From Ignavibacteriaceae bacterium (GTDB lineage: Bacteria > Bacteroidota > Ignavibacteria > Ignavibacteriales > Ignavibacteriaceae), in NCBI GenBank assembly GCA_030584105.1, contig CP129491.1, forward strand, positions 2,186,503-2,250,502: DNA of 64,000 nt. The letters run 5' to 3'. The position numbers and the translations under genes were made by a program. This document shows, piece after piece, positions 1 to 8,983 of the stretch. The notes beneath the pieces are model-generated. The model was not told the DNA's origin. It made no database searches and was given only the letters and a program-made list of their open reading frames with translations. How positions within the stretch are numbered: position 1 is the stretch's first letter; each line of letters starts with the position of its first letter.

Positions 1-1
1 G

Positions 2-2539
2 GAAGACGGAGGCGAAACCTGGTTTAAAATCATGAAAGGGTTGCCCTCGGTTGATCTCGGGGGTATGGGTATCGCCGTTTCGCCCGCTAACACGGATGTG
101 GTTTACCTTATCGTTGAAGCCGCAAAAGATGAGAGTGGATTCTTCAGAAGCACAAACCGCGGAGCAACATGGGAAAAAATGAGCGATTATGCCTCTTCAG
201 GGCAATATTTTAACGAAATTTTTTGTGACCCAAAAGATGTGAATAAAATCTATTCTATGGAGGTTGTCTCAAAAGTTACTACTGATGGCGGCAAAAATTG
301 GGTGAACCTCGGGCTTGGCAACCGACATGTGGACGACCACGCCCTTTGGATTGACCCCGCTAACACACTACACCTGTTAATCGGTGGCGACGGCGGGATT
401 TATGAGTCGTTCGACGGTGGAAAATTGTGGGATTTCAAAGAAAACCTCCCTGTTACGCAGTTCTACCGTGTGTTTGCCGACAATTCAAAACCATTTTACT
501 ACATCTACGGCGGAACGCAGGATAACAACAGCATGGGAGGACCTTCCCGCACTACAAGTTCAGAGGGAATTGTGAACTCTGACTGGTTCATCACGAGCGG
601 GGGCGACGGTTTTTGGTCGGCGGTTGACCCAACTGACCCCAACATAATCTACGCTGAATCGCAATACGCAGGAATGAGCCGTTACGACAGAAAAAGCGGC
701 GAATCGATCGACATCAGACCTGAACCCGGCGCCGGCGAAAACACCTACAGATGGAACTGGGATACGCCTCTGTTCATAAGCCCGCACAAACACACGAGGC
801 TTTACACTGCCGCCAATTTCGTCTTCAAAAGTGAAGACCGAGGCGAAAGCTGGGTGAAAATAAGCCCCGATTTAACCACCGGGATTGACCGAAATTCAAT
901 CAAAATTATGGATAAATACTGGGGGGTTGACGCTGTCGCTAAAAACAAATCAACTTCGCAATACGGAACTATTGTTTCACTTGCGGAGTCACCCGTTAAA
1001 GAGAACCTCCTTTACGCCGGCACGGACGACGGGCTTATTCAAATAACGGAAGACGGGCAAAACTGGCACAAAGCAGGCGCTTTCCCCGGCGTGCCTGATA
1101 ATACTTATGTAAGCGATGTGCTTCCTTCAAAATTCAACGAAAATGTGGTTTACGCTTCGTTTAATAACCACCAAAGTGACGATTTCAAACCCTATATCCT
1201 GAAAAGTGAAAACAAGGGGAAATCGTGGAAAAACATCTCATCAAACCTGCCGGAGAACGGCGCTGTATGGTCGCTTGAAGAAGATCCCGTAAACCCGAAC
1301 CTTCTTTTTTGCGGCACCGAGTTCGGCTTTTTCTTCTCCGTTGACGGCGGCGGGCACTGGAACAGGCTGTCAAACGGCCTGCCCGATATCCCCGTGCGCG
1401 ATATTGCAATTCAACCCGAAGCGGGCGACATCGTAATCGCAACTTTCGGGCGCGGCTTCTATGTGCTTGATGATTACACCCCGCTGCGCAGCGTTACGAA
1501 CGAAATGTTGGAAAAAGACGCCCTCATTTTCGGGATTCGGGATGGGCTGGCGTACATTCAAACCTCCGACGGGCTTAGCTCCGGCGACACTTACTACCGC
1601 GCACCCAACCCCGAGTTTGGCGCGGTTATAACCTATTTCATCAAAGATGTGCCGAAGACACTGAAGGCTATCCGTCAGGAATCCGAGGCGCAGCTTTTCA
1701 AAGAAGGGAAACCTATTCCCATCCCAAGCGATTCCGCCCTGAATGTAGAAAACAGGGAAGTGGCGCCTTATCTTATCTTTTCAATCACCGACGAAACCGG
1801 TAACGAGGTGCGAAAACTTACCAAGCCCGCTTCAAAAGGGGTGCAGAGGATCGTCTGGGATTTAAAATATCCCGAAATATCTACACTGAAAAGCACAAAA
1901 TTCAACGCTTCGGCTAAGCAGCAGAGCGCAAGTTTGGTTATGCCCGGTAAGTACAAAGTTTCTCTTTCTATGGTTACCCGCGAGGGCATCAAACCTCTTG
2001 GTGAACCCGTTGAGTTTAACGCGGTTGCACTTCGGAACACAACCCTTCCGGCTGCAGATCGGGGTGAATTGGTGGAATTTCAACGGAAAGCCGGCGAGCT
2101 GACCCGCACTATCCGAGGTACTTTCCAATTTCTTAACGATCTGATTGCGCGCGTTAACACCCTGAAACAATCGGCGCTTATAACTCCCGGTGCCGGTGCA
2201 GAGTTACTGCTACGGGCGGATAAAATTCTGAACGATCTTGACGCAATCTCACTGAAATTTGAGAGAAGATCGAACTTCCCAAGTGCGGAAGAAAACCCGC
2301 CTTCACCGGTTACAATTAACGAACGGTTGAGCACGCTGCTCTGGACACACTGGGCATCAACGGCGGGGCTGACCCAAAAAGAAAAAACTGCTTTTGAGGT
2401 TCTGATGGCTGAGTTCCCCCCACTTCATGCGGAAATTAAAAGAATTTCTGAAAACGAGGTGAAGCAACTTGAAGCCGACCTCGAAAAGTTGGGCGGGCAT
2501 GTTACCCCCGGCAGGCTCCCTGAACTTAAAGTGAAATAA
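2..2539 (+). CDS. BNR/Asp-box repeat beta-propeller protein (sortilin/VPS10- or GH74-like); N-terminus outside window
   Basis: Frame is open from base 2 (EDGGETWFKI precedes the first Met), so the gene is 5'-truncated by the window edge. It has six or more Asp-box motifs (STNRGATW, TTDGGKNW, SFDGGKLW, SEDRGESW, SENKGKSW, SVDGGGHW). Confidence 0.7.
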   Translation, partial: EDGGETWFKIMKGLPSVDLGGMGIAVSPANTDVVYLIVEAAKDESGFFRSTNRGATWEKMSDYASSGQYFNEIFCDPKDVNKIYSMEVVSKVTTDGGKNWVNLGLGNRHVDDHALWIDPANTLHLLIGGDGGIYESFDGGKLWDFKENLPVTQFYRVFADNSKPFYYIYGGTQDNNSMGGPSRTTSSEGIVNSDWFITSGGDGFWSAVDPTDPNIIYAESQYAGMSRYDRKSGESIDIRPEPGAGENTYRWNWDTPLFISPHKHTRLYTAANFVFKSEDRGESWVKISPDLTTGIDRNSIKIMDKYWGVDAVAKNKSTSQYGTIVSLAESPVKENLLYAGTDDGLIQITEDGQNWHKAGAFPGVPDNTYVSDVLPSKFNENVVYASFNNHQSDDFKPYILKSENKGKSWKNISSNLPENGAVWSLEEDPVNPNLLFCGTEFGFFFSVDGGGHWNRLSNGLPDIPVRDIAIQPEAGDIVIATFGRGFYVLDDYTPLRSVTNEMLEKDALIFGIRDGLAYIQTSDGLSSGDTYYRAPNPEFGAVITYFIKDVPKTLKAIRQESEAQLFKEGKPIPIPSDSALNVENREVAPYLIFSITDETGNEVRKLTKPASKGVQRIVWDLKYPEISTLKSTKFNASAKQQSASLVMPGKYKVSLSMVTREGIKPLGEPVEFNAVALRNTTLPAADRGELVEFQRKAGELTRTIRGTFQFLNDLIARVNTLKQSALITPGAGAELLLRADKILNDLDAISLKFERRSNFPSAEENPPSPVTINERLSTLLWTHWASTAGLTQKEKTAFEVLMAEFPPLHAEIKRISENEVKQLEADLEKLGGHVTPGRLPELKVK

Positions 2540-2591
2540 AAATGTTTACGGTTTACCTGTTGTAATCCTGTAACCCAAGAAGGAGATTTTT

Positions 2592-3188
2592 TTGAAAGAG
2601 CACTGGAACTCACGCTACAATTCTGATGAATATGTTTACGGAAAAGAGCCGAATGAATTTTTTAAGGAAGAACTTGCCAAACTGAAACCCGGTAAACTGC
2701 TTCTGCCCGCTGATGGCGAGGGGAGAAACGGGGTGTTTGCCGCCGGGCTTGGATGGGAAGTTACATCGTTCGACTGGAGCGACGAGGGAAAAAAGAAAGC
2801 GGAAAAACTTGCCGGCAGCAACGGTGTGAACATTAACTACATCGTTACTGAAGCCTCGCAATTTAATTTTCCTGAAAATGAGTTCGACGCCGTAGGTTTG
2901 GTTTTCGTTCATCTGCCGGAAGAAGAAAGAGAAGAACTGCACAGAAACTGCATAAAAAGCCTTAAACCGGGCGGTCAGCTTATTTTTACAGCTTATGATA
3001 AAACACAGCTCGGCAAAAACTCCGGCGGACCAAAAAACATCGATCTCCTCTATTCACTTCAGCAAATTGTTGAAGATTTTATCGATTTGGAGTTTTCCGT
3101 ATTTGCAAAAGAAACGGTTAAACTTTCCGAAGGGCAGCTTCACAACGGCTATGCTGATGTTATTAAATTTTCAGGTTCCAAGAGTTGA
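2592..3188 (+). CDS. class I SAM-dependent methyltransferase (small, TehB/Methyltransf_11-like)
   Basis: TTG start 7 nt after AAGGAG. Motif I-like LLLPADGEGRNGVFAA, an acidic strand VTSFDWS, and KPGGQLIF. The 198-aa size fits small-molecule MTases. Confidence 0.7.
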   Translation: MKEHWNSRYNSDEYVYGKEPNEFFKEELAKLKPGKLLLPADGEGRNGVFAAGLGWEVTSFDWSDEGKKKAEKLAGSNGVNINYIVTEASQFNFPENEFDAVGLVFVHLPEEEREELHRNCIKSLKPGGQLIFTAYDKTQLGKNSGGPKNIDLLYSLQQIVEDFIDLEFSVFAKETVKLSEGQLHNGYADVIKFSGSKS

Positions 3189-4534
3189 AAAAAGTTCTTT
3201 TTTTAACCTACTACTGGCCCCCATCGGGCAAGGCATCACTTCATCTGCCCTTGGCGATGATTAAGTATCTCCCCACATTCGGCTGGCAGCCCGCAGTGCT
3301 GACTGTTGAAGATGAATCGTTCGCCCAAAAAGATGAATCGCTGATCAAGGAAATTGACCCCGCTCTTAAAGTAATTAAAACAAAAACGATTGAACCTTTC
3401 GAATTTTACAAAATCTTCACCGGAAAAGGGAAAGACGCACAACTTGTTGCTTCGGAAACTATCTCCAAAGAAAACAAAAGCCTTACGCACCGGATTTCCC
3501 TCTGGATCAGGATGAACCTTTTCATCCCCGATGCACGAATTGGGTGGTACCCTTTCGCTGTAAAAGCGGGAAACAGGCTGCTGCGTGAAGAGAAATTCGA
3601 CGCTGTGGTCTCAGTGGGTCCCCCGCATTCGGTTCACCTTGTTGCGGCACGAATCGCACGGAACGCACACATCCCTTTTTATCCCATTTTTATTGACCCC
3701 TGGCTGAACATTGCCTATTATAAAGGGCAGCACCGCAGCCGCCTCACTAAAATGATTGACGGCAGGTTGGAGAGGAAAATCCTTCAAAAAAGCAAAAACG
3801 CCATTTTTGTTACCGAAACTTCGCTTGCTGACTACATTTCAACCTACCCGTTTCTTCAGGGGAAGGCGCATTGCCTGCATTGGGGATACGACGAGGAGAA
3901 ATTTGCCAATTTCAAAAGGGTTGAAAAGACCGGTGATGAAGGAGAAACAGGCGAAATTGGTGAAGTGCAGTTAAAGAATGAAAAAGGAGAGGGGTCAATT
4001 AAAAATGAAGTAGGGAAAGAAACACCCGGCAAGATTTTGCTTCACTCCGGAAACATTTTTGATTTTCAAAACCCTGTGAACCTTTGGGGCTATCTTAAGC
4101 GCCGGATCGATTCGGGCGAAAATTTGCAGCTTTGGTTCACGGGTACCGTAAGCCCCGGCGTGCGAAAATCGATTGAATCGGCCGGCTTGCTTCCTTTCAC
4201 CCGTTTTCTTGGCTTTCTTTCCTACGGTGAAATGTTGCGCACATTGGCGATGGCTGACTTTCTTTTGGTGTGCGCTATGGAACCAAGGCACTTCCCCGGA
4301 AAACTTTTCGAATATCTCAGAACCGGCATCCCCATTCTCGCATACGGAGATGATAATACGGAAGTGGCGCAGGTGATTGCGGATGCAAACGCAGGAATGA
4401 TGCTCCCTTTTTCTGCAGACGGCTCTCAATTTTTCGAAATAGCCGACGGGTTTTCTACGGACTTAAACAAAGTTACCCGTTTCGACAGAAAAGTTATCGC
4501 CGGCAAACTTGCAGATATTTTGAACAAAGGCTGA
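3185..4534 (+). CDS. GT-B fold glycosyltransferase (GT4-like)
   Basis: TTG start overlaps the upstream stop (TTGA). N-terminal FLTYYWPPSG and C-terminal GKLFEYLRTGIPILAY regions are typical of GT4-type enzymes. It carries a G/E/K-rich insertion at c. 3919-4032. Confidence 0.6.
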   Translation: MKKVLFLTYYWPPSGKASLHLPLAMIKYLPTFGWQPAVLTVEDESFAQKDESLIKEIDPALKVIKTKTIEPFEFYKIFTGKGKDAQLVASETISKENKSLTHRISLWIRMNLFIPDARIGWYPFAVKAGNRLLREEKFDAVVSVGPPHSVHLVAARIARNAHIPFYPIFIDPWLNIAYYKGQHRSRLTKMIDGRLERKILQKSKNAIFVTETSLADYISTYPFLQGKAHCLHWGYDEEKFANFKRVEKTGDEGETGEIGEVQLKNEKGEGSIKNEVGKETPGKILLHSGNIFDFQNPVNLWGYLKRRIDSGENLQLWFTGTVSPGVRKSIESAGLLPFTRFLGFLSYGEMLRTLAMADFLLVCAMEPRHFPGKLFEYLRTGIPILAYGDDNTEVAQVIADANAGMMLPFSADGSQFFEIADGFSTDLNKVTRFDRKVIAGKLADILNKG

Positions 4535-4774
4535 CTCTTCCCCCGCTATTCAAACAAACTTGCCGGAATTTTGAGCAACGGCCGGTTTATGGCACACTTC
4601 AAATTTCTTTAAATTCTGACAAAAAACCGGAATCTAAAGTAACTGACTAAAACTGCGTCAATAATTTCGTATTTGTTTCTTTTTAACTTATCCGTAACTT
4701 TCGGGTTGCAAAAGGAATTATTTCGTCAACGCAGAAAAAATCGAATTTAACAATTTAATTAAGGAGTTAATTGG

Positions 4775-5200
4775 ATGAAGAAAATTATTTTTCTCATGAT
4801 ACCCCTCGCTTTCATTTTCTTAGCGGCTAACGCTCAGGCTCAAAGCGAGAAAAAGGCACAAAAAGAACACGAACACAGCGAAGCGGTTGACACTTCAAAA
4901 GCGGCATGCTGCTCAGGCGAAGAAGCTGAAGGCGAATGCTGCTCTAACGAAGCTGCCGACGGTAAGGCAGACGCCGGGCACAAAAAACCCGATAAAGTTG
5001 ACCAGGAAGCTAAACAGGCGTGGAACACCGTTTGCCCCGTTACCGGTGAAGATATTGAAGAGGGCGCACCTACTTTAGAGTATAACGGCAAAATCGTCGC
5101 TTTCTGCTGCAAGGGTTGTGTTTCTAAATTTCAGAAAGACCCTGAAAAATATTTGAAAGACATCAGCCCCGACGGTAAAACTTACCTGAAAAAAGACTGA
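4775..5200 (+). CDS. secreted YHS/TRASH-domain metal-binding protein
   Basis: AAGGAG RBS, signal peptide MKKIIFLMIPLAFIFLAANAQA and a Cys-rich acidic linker (CCSGEEAEGECCS). The C-terminal CPVTG-x22-CCKGC..FQKDPEKY matches the YHS/TRASH pattern. Confidence 0.7.
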   Translation: MKKIIFLMIPLAFIFLAANAQAQSEKKAQKEHEHSEAVDTSKAACCSGEEAEGECCSNEAADGKADAGHKKPDKVDQEAKQAWNTVCPVTGEDIEEGAPTLEYNGKIVAFCCKGCVSKFQKDPEKYLKDISPDGKTYLKKD

Positions 5201-5217
5201 TTAAAAGGGGCACGCAA

Positions 5218-5314
5218 GGCCTACCCCGTGCAGGCGGACGCAACTGAGTTGTTTTGCCGGCTATCTTAGTGATGAAGAAAACCGGGCCTACCCCGTGCAG
5301 GCAAAAGCAACTGA
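5218..5314. repeat. imperfect 30-bp direct repeat pair, period 67 bp
   Basis: GGCCTACCCCGTGCAGGC(GGAC/AAAA)GCAACTGA occurs at 5218-5247 and 5285-5314, in the 3' intergenic region. Confidence 0.8.
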
Positions 5315-5364
5315 ACCTGCAACCCAAACGCCCCTGAAAAATTAACAGGCTTTAAAATAAAAAA

Positions 5365-5398
5365 GGCTACCCGACGAAAAACCGGGCAGCCTTTTTTT
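5365..5398. terminator. bidirectional intrinsic terminator between convergent genes
   Basis: GGCTACCCG (5365-5373) pairs with CGGGCAGCC (5383-5391). An A-run lies on one side and a T-run (5392-5398) on the other. Confidence 0.7.
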
Positions 5399-5444
5399 AT
5401 TTTCTTTCAAAAAGTTCAGTTAAATCAACGCTGCACTTCAACCG

Positions 5445-6614
5445 TTAAAACACATTATACTGCAGAGTAACCGAGGTTTTGAAATCGGTGGTTTTTCTTA
5501 AACCGCTCCTGATCAAACCTGATTGTATGCCAAGGTTGATGTTGTTTTCCAAGTAAAATATGAAACCGGCTGAAAGCACATGATCCATGTAGCTGTCTTC
5601 GTTTATTGTCCAGATTGGAGCGTTTTCTTTGATGTAATTCAACTGATAACCGGCAACGAAGTTAATTTTATTGCCAAGCTCGTAGAAGTAATCAACACCC
5701 GCTGTAGCAATAAAAGTTTTGAAGAAACTTGAATCAAACGGCGTGTTAACATTAAAGAATGCGTTAACCTGCGACGACCAACCGATCGGGTTAGAGAACC
5801 TGCCGCCAACCGAAAGAGCCGGTGAACGGGTCGGTGATTTGTCGCGGGTCGAAAGGTTGAACAGCACACCTGCGGTGAGATCCCATCCGAAGTATCTGTC
5901 GTTAACTTTTTCGTTAATTCCTTTAAGAACCTGCTGAGTTCTCAGGATACCGATAGCGCCCAGTGCACCGCCGGTAAGCAGCCCGGTTGCACGCATCTCT
6001 TTTTCGATATCTTCATACCAGTTTTTCTCGTATGTATCGCCGAAAACGCCTCGATATTCGTTCTCTCTTTCGATAATATTGGCAATTTTAATCATCGTTT
6101 CTTTCGGCAGATTAGCAGATATAACGCCTTCTTTCAAAAGGTGCTGCTCGATCCTTACGGCTTTTGCCAGTGCGGTAGCGTTGATGTATCTTCCGTAACC
6201 ACCACCAACGGTAACATTCGACTCAATTTGTTTGAATGTGTTTGCGTGGCGAAGATCAAGGGCGCCAAATCCGAACCAGTCTAAGTTATCAACGATATAT
6301 TTTCTTACGCTTGGGCGAATTGAGATATCGTGGTTGTATTCACCATAATCTTTCCCGGCTGCAGCGTCAACATCGATAAAATACGCGAAAGGCAACGATG
6401 AATAGAAATAGCGAAACAAACCTGTTGCAGTTGCGTTGTTAGCTGTAACATTAGTCTGCACAGAGTCCGATGTTTGTGCAAAGTTATAACTGCCCGATAA
6501 CCTGAGAATTTTAGCAGTACTGACGGGCACTTTATAATCCTGAACTGATACATTTTGCGCGGAAAGGACTCCGGTAAATGCAATGAGAGCAAAAAGTGTA
6601 ATGATGTGTCTCAT
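5445..6614 (-). CDS. outer-membrane beta-barrel protein, family not recognised
   Basis: Signal peptide MRHIITLFALIAFTGVLSAQ. Alternating-strand pattern ending in ...LQYNVF with a terminal Phe. Confidence 0.6.
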   Translation of the reverse strand: MRHIITLFALIAFTGVLSAQNVSVQDYKVPVSTAKILRLSGSYNFAQTSDSVQTNVTANNATATGLFRYFYSSLPFAYFIDVDAAAGKDYGEYNHDISIRPSVRKYIVDNLDWFGFGALDLRHANTFKQIESNVTVGGGYGRYINATALAKAVRIEQHLLKEGVISANLPKETMIKIANIIERENEYRGVFGDTYEKNWYEDIEKEMRATGLLTGGALGAIGILRTQQVLKGINEKVNDRYFGWDLTAGVLFNLSTRDKSPTRSPALSVGGRFSNPIGWSSQVNAFFNVNTPFDSSFFKTFIATAGVDYFYELGNKINFVAGYQLNYIKENAPIWTINEDSYMDHVLSAGFIFYLENNINLGIQSGLIRSGLRKTTDFKTSVTLQYNVF

Positions 6615-6732
6615 AAAGGTTCCTTTGATTATTTAATAATAAAAAGATTAAAAATTAAAGTTACTAATAATTTCAATCAGAAACAAATATCCTGATTGAA
6701 CCGATAAAAACATCCGGGTGTTAAAAAAAGTT

Positions 6733-7218
6733 TCAAATTTTAACAGAATCTTCCTGTGCGGGTGTAAGCCCGTGCAAAGAACTGAGGCTTAATTTAATTT
6801 TCTGCTTCCAGTCGGGCCCATATTTATCAAGAATCGATTTGAAAGCAATAAAATCGGGCTTGCGCAGTTTGAAATCCCAGTCCCCCTTTTTTTCATTCAT
6901 AACCGGCAGGATATGCAGCAATTGATGATGGATGAAGATGTAGCGGTCAGCATCGTCTAACGCAGCCCAGAGGTCGGCTGAAATTTCGATTACATAATCA
7001 TATCCTGAAAAGAATTTAAACTCGGGCGAGGTTTTCAAAGTTTTTCCGGGCACCGTTTTCGAAATGTTGGGGCTTACAATTAAATAAGCCACTTTTGCGG
7101 GGCGGATATCAATTTTTTCCTGCGTAATAATTTTTTCGGCAAGCAGTTTTAACTCTTCCGACTCTTCATATTCCCTTTTTTTGGGTTCTTTTTGTGATTG
7201 TTCATTGAACTCAAACAT
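6733..7218 (-). CDS. hypothetical protein, resembles small phage-type putative metallopeptidases with the HExxH glutamate replaced
   Basis: The 161-aa ORF contains YVIEISADLW..LDDADRYIFIHHQLLHI and KPDFIAFKSILDKYGPDW. The zinc-motif position reads HQLLH. Family assignment is from memory. Confidence 0.45.
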   Translation of the reverse strand: MFEFNEQSQKEPKKREYEESEELKLLAEKIITQEKIDIRPAKVAYLIVSPNISKTVPGKTLKTSPEFKFFSGYDYVIEISADLWAALDDADRYIFIHHQLLHILPVMNEKKGDWDFKLRKPDFIAFKSILDKYGPDWKQKIKLSLSSLHGLTPAQEDSVKI

Positions 7219-7458
7219 TAATATGGTTCTCCGTTTATTCTAAAATTGTTCAAAAAAAATAATGTTCTTCCAATTATTCAAAAAAAAATAATTCGTTTCC
7301 AAAGATAAGAAGAAGATGAACTAAGTTTTTGTGTGAAAAATATTGAATTTTTTGGGAAATTTTAAGCCTTAAATCAAAAAGCATTTTTGTATTAATTGAA
7401 ATCTTTTTTATTTTAAGTGGTGCGTTTTATTTAAAATAATAGATTTAAGGTTTAACCT

Positions 7459-8322
7459 GTGATTAAATTAGGACTCATTACTTGTCGGGAGTACCCGGAT
7501 TTAACGGAAGATGATCAGCTGTTAATCCCTGCTTTAAAAGAGAAAAAAATTATAGCCAAACCCGTTGTGTGGAATGACGGCCCCCTTGAGCCGAACGAAT
7601 TTGACCTTCTGATAGTTCGTTCACCGTGGGATTATTACCTCACTACTGCAGAGTTCATCTCCTGGATCAACAAAGCAACCTCTGCCGGCTATAAAATTTT
7701 GAATAAACCGGAGATTATTAAACGAAATCTTCACAAAAGCTATCTGAAAGAACTGCAGCGAAGGGGGGTTTTGACCGCTGATATTATGTTCATCCCAAAG
7801 AAAAGCGTTTTGAAGCTCGAGGATGTGTTTGAGAGAAAAAGGTTTAAGAAAGTGGTGATACGCCCCGCTATTTCTGCCGGTGGCTACGAAAACTACTTAG
7901 TGCCAAGGGAAGAAGCCGAAAGTTTCAACCCAATTGCTGAAAAAATTCTTGAAACCTCCGACCTTATGATTCAGGACTATATTGAAGAGATCGAAACCAG
8001 AGGCGAGTATTCGTTCATTTTTCTGAACGGCGAGTACAGCCACGCAGTAATCAGAAGTGTTGCCCCGGGCGAGTTCAGGGCGTTTGAAGAGTTCGGAGGA
8101 ACGGTGGAAGCCTTCAAGCCTACGGCTGATATGATAGATATGGCATACGACATCAACGACGCCCTTGGGTTTGATACTCTTTACTCAAGAGTTGACGGCA
8201 TTATGGCAAACGACGAGTTCAAACTGATCGAATTGCAAATGTTTGAACCGAAACTTTTCTTCGGCAAAAATGAAAAATCGGTTAAAAGATTTGTTGAAGC
8301 CGTTATTGAAAGAGTTGGCTGA
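7459..8322 (+). CDS. ATP-grasp domain protein (RimK/glutathione-synthetase-like)
   Basis: GTG start. Motifs KSYLKEL, VVIRPAISAGG, IQDYIEEI, EYSFIFLNGEYSHAV and LIELQMFEP fit an ATP-grasp ligase layout. Confidence 0.6.
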   Translation: MIKLGLITCREYPDLTEDDQLLIPALKEKKIIAKPVVWNDGPLEPNEFDLLIVRSPWDYYLTTAEFISWINKATSAGYKILNKPEIIKRNLHKSYLKELQRRGVLTADIMFIPKKSVLKLEDVFERKRFKKVVIRPAISAGGYENYLVPREEAESFNPIAEKILETSDLMIQDYIEEIETRGEYSFIFLNGEYSHAVIRSVAPGEFRAFEEFGGTVEAFKPTADMIDMAYDINDALGFDTLYSRVDGIMANDEFKLIELQMFEPKLFFGKNEKSVKRFVEAVIERVG

Positions 8323-8646
8323 GAACAAAAACAAAATCTGCCCGGTTGTCAAATAATTGATTAATACCAACAATTAGTTGTGCAAAAAATTTGACTTAAA
8401 AATGCCCTGAAACCGGCTTCAAAACAAAATTTTTGAAAAATTTTCGACGAAATACCATCCGTTCGTCGAAATTTTTCATTTTTTATTTGTTTGTTTAAAA
8501 AATTCTTTTAATATTACCATGTGTGATTTACGGAATTTGTCAGCAGGCTCCGTAAGTTATGCTCAAAAAAAATGACTATTACTCCGGTGCACCCTCTCTA
8601 AGTGCATTGGAACAGGGAGTTTGGTTCCCTCACCTAACCTAAACCT

Positions 8647-8686
8647 TGCCCGTTGACTCTTCGGAGTGACGGGCATTTTTATTTTT
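8647..8686 (+). terminator. intrinsic terminator, orphan (325 nt downstream of the nearest + strand stop)
   Basis: TGCCCGT..ACTC-TTCG-GAGT..ACGGGCA stem with a TTCG tetraloop, followed by TTTTTATTTTT. Confidence 0.6.
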
Positions 8687-8983
8687 GCGCGTTTTGGTTA
8701 CCGCAACACCTTTCCCCGTGCCGGTAACAGAATGGAAAACCCCGGCAGGTGCCGTAAAACCCCTCTGCAAAAAACACAAAACCCCCCGGCAAAAAATACG
8801 GTACTCTCAGCAAAAGCCGGTGAGAAGGCAGAATTTCACAATTTCGTATAATTGCCACTTCTTTTCGTTTGTCTTAATTTTACCTGTCTCTTGTATCTTA
8901 AGTAATGTAATTTTTATTTTTTCATGCTCAACTATCGTTATCATGTATCTGTCGTTTTCATGCACAGTTTTCACGGAGGCTAA

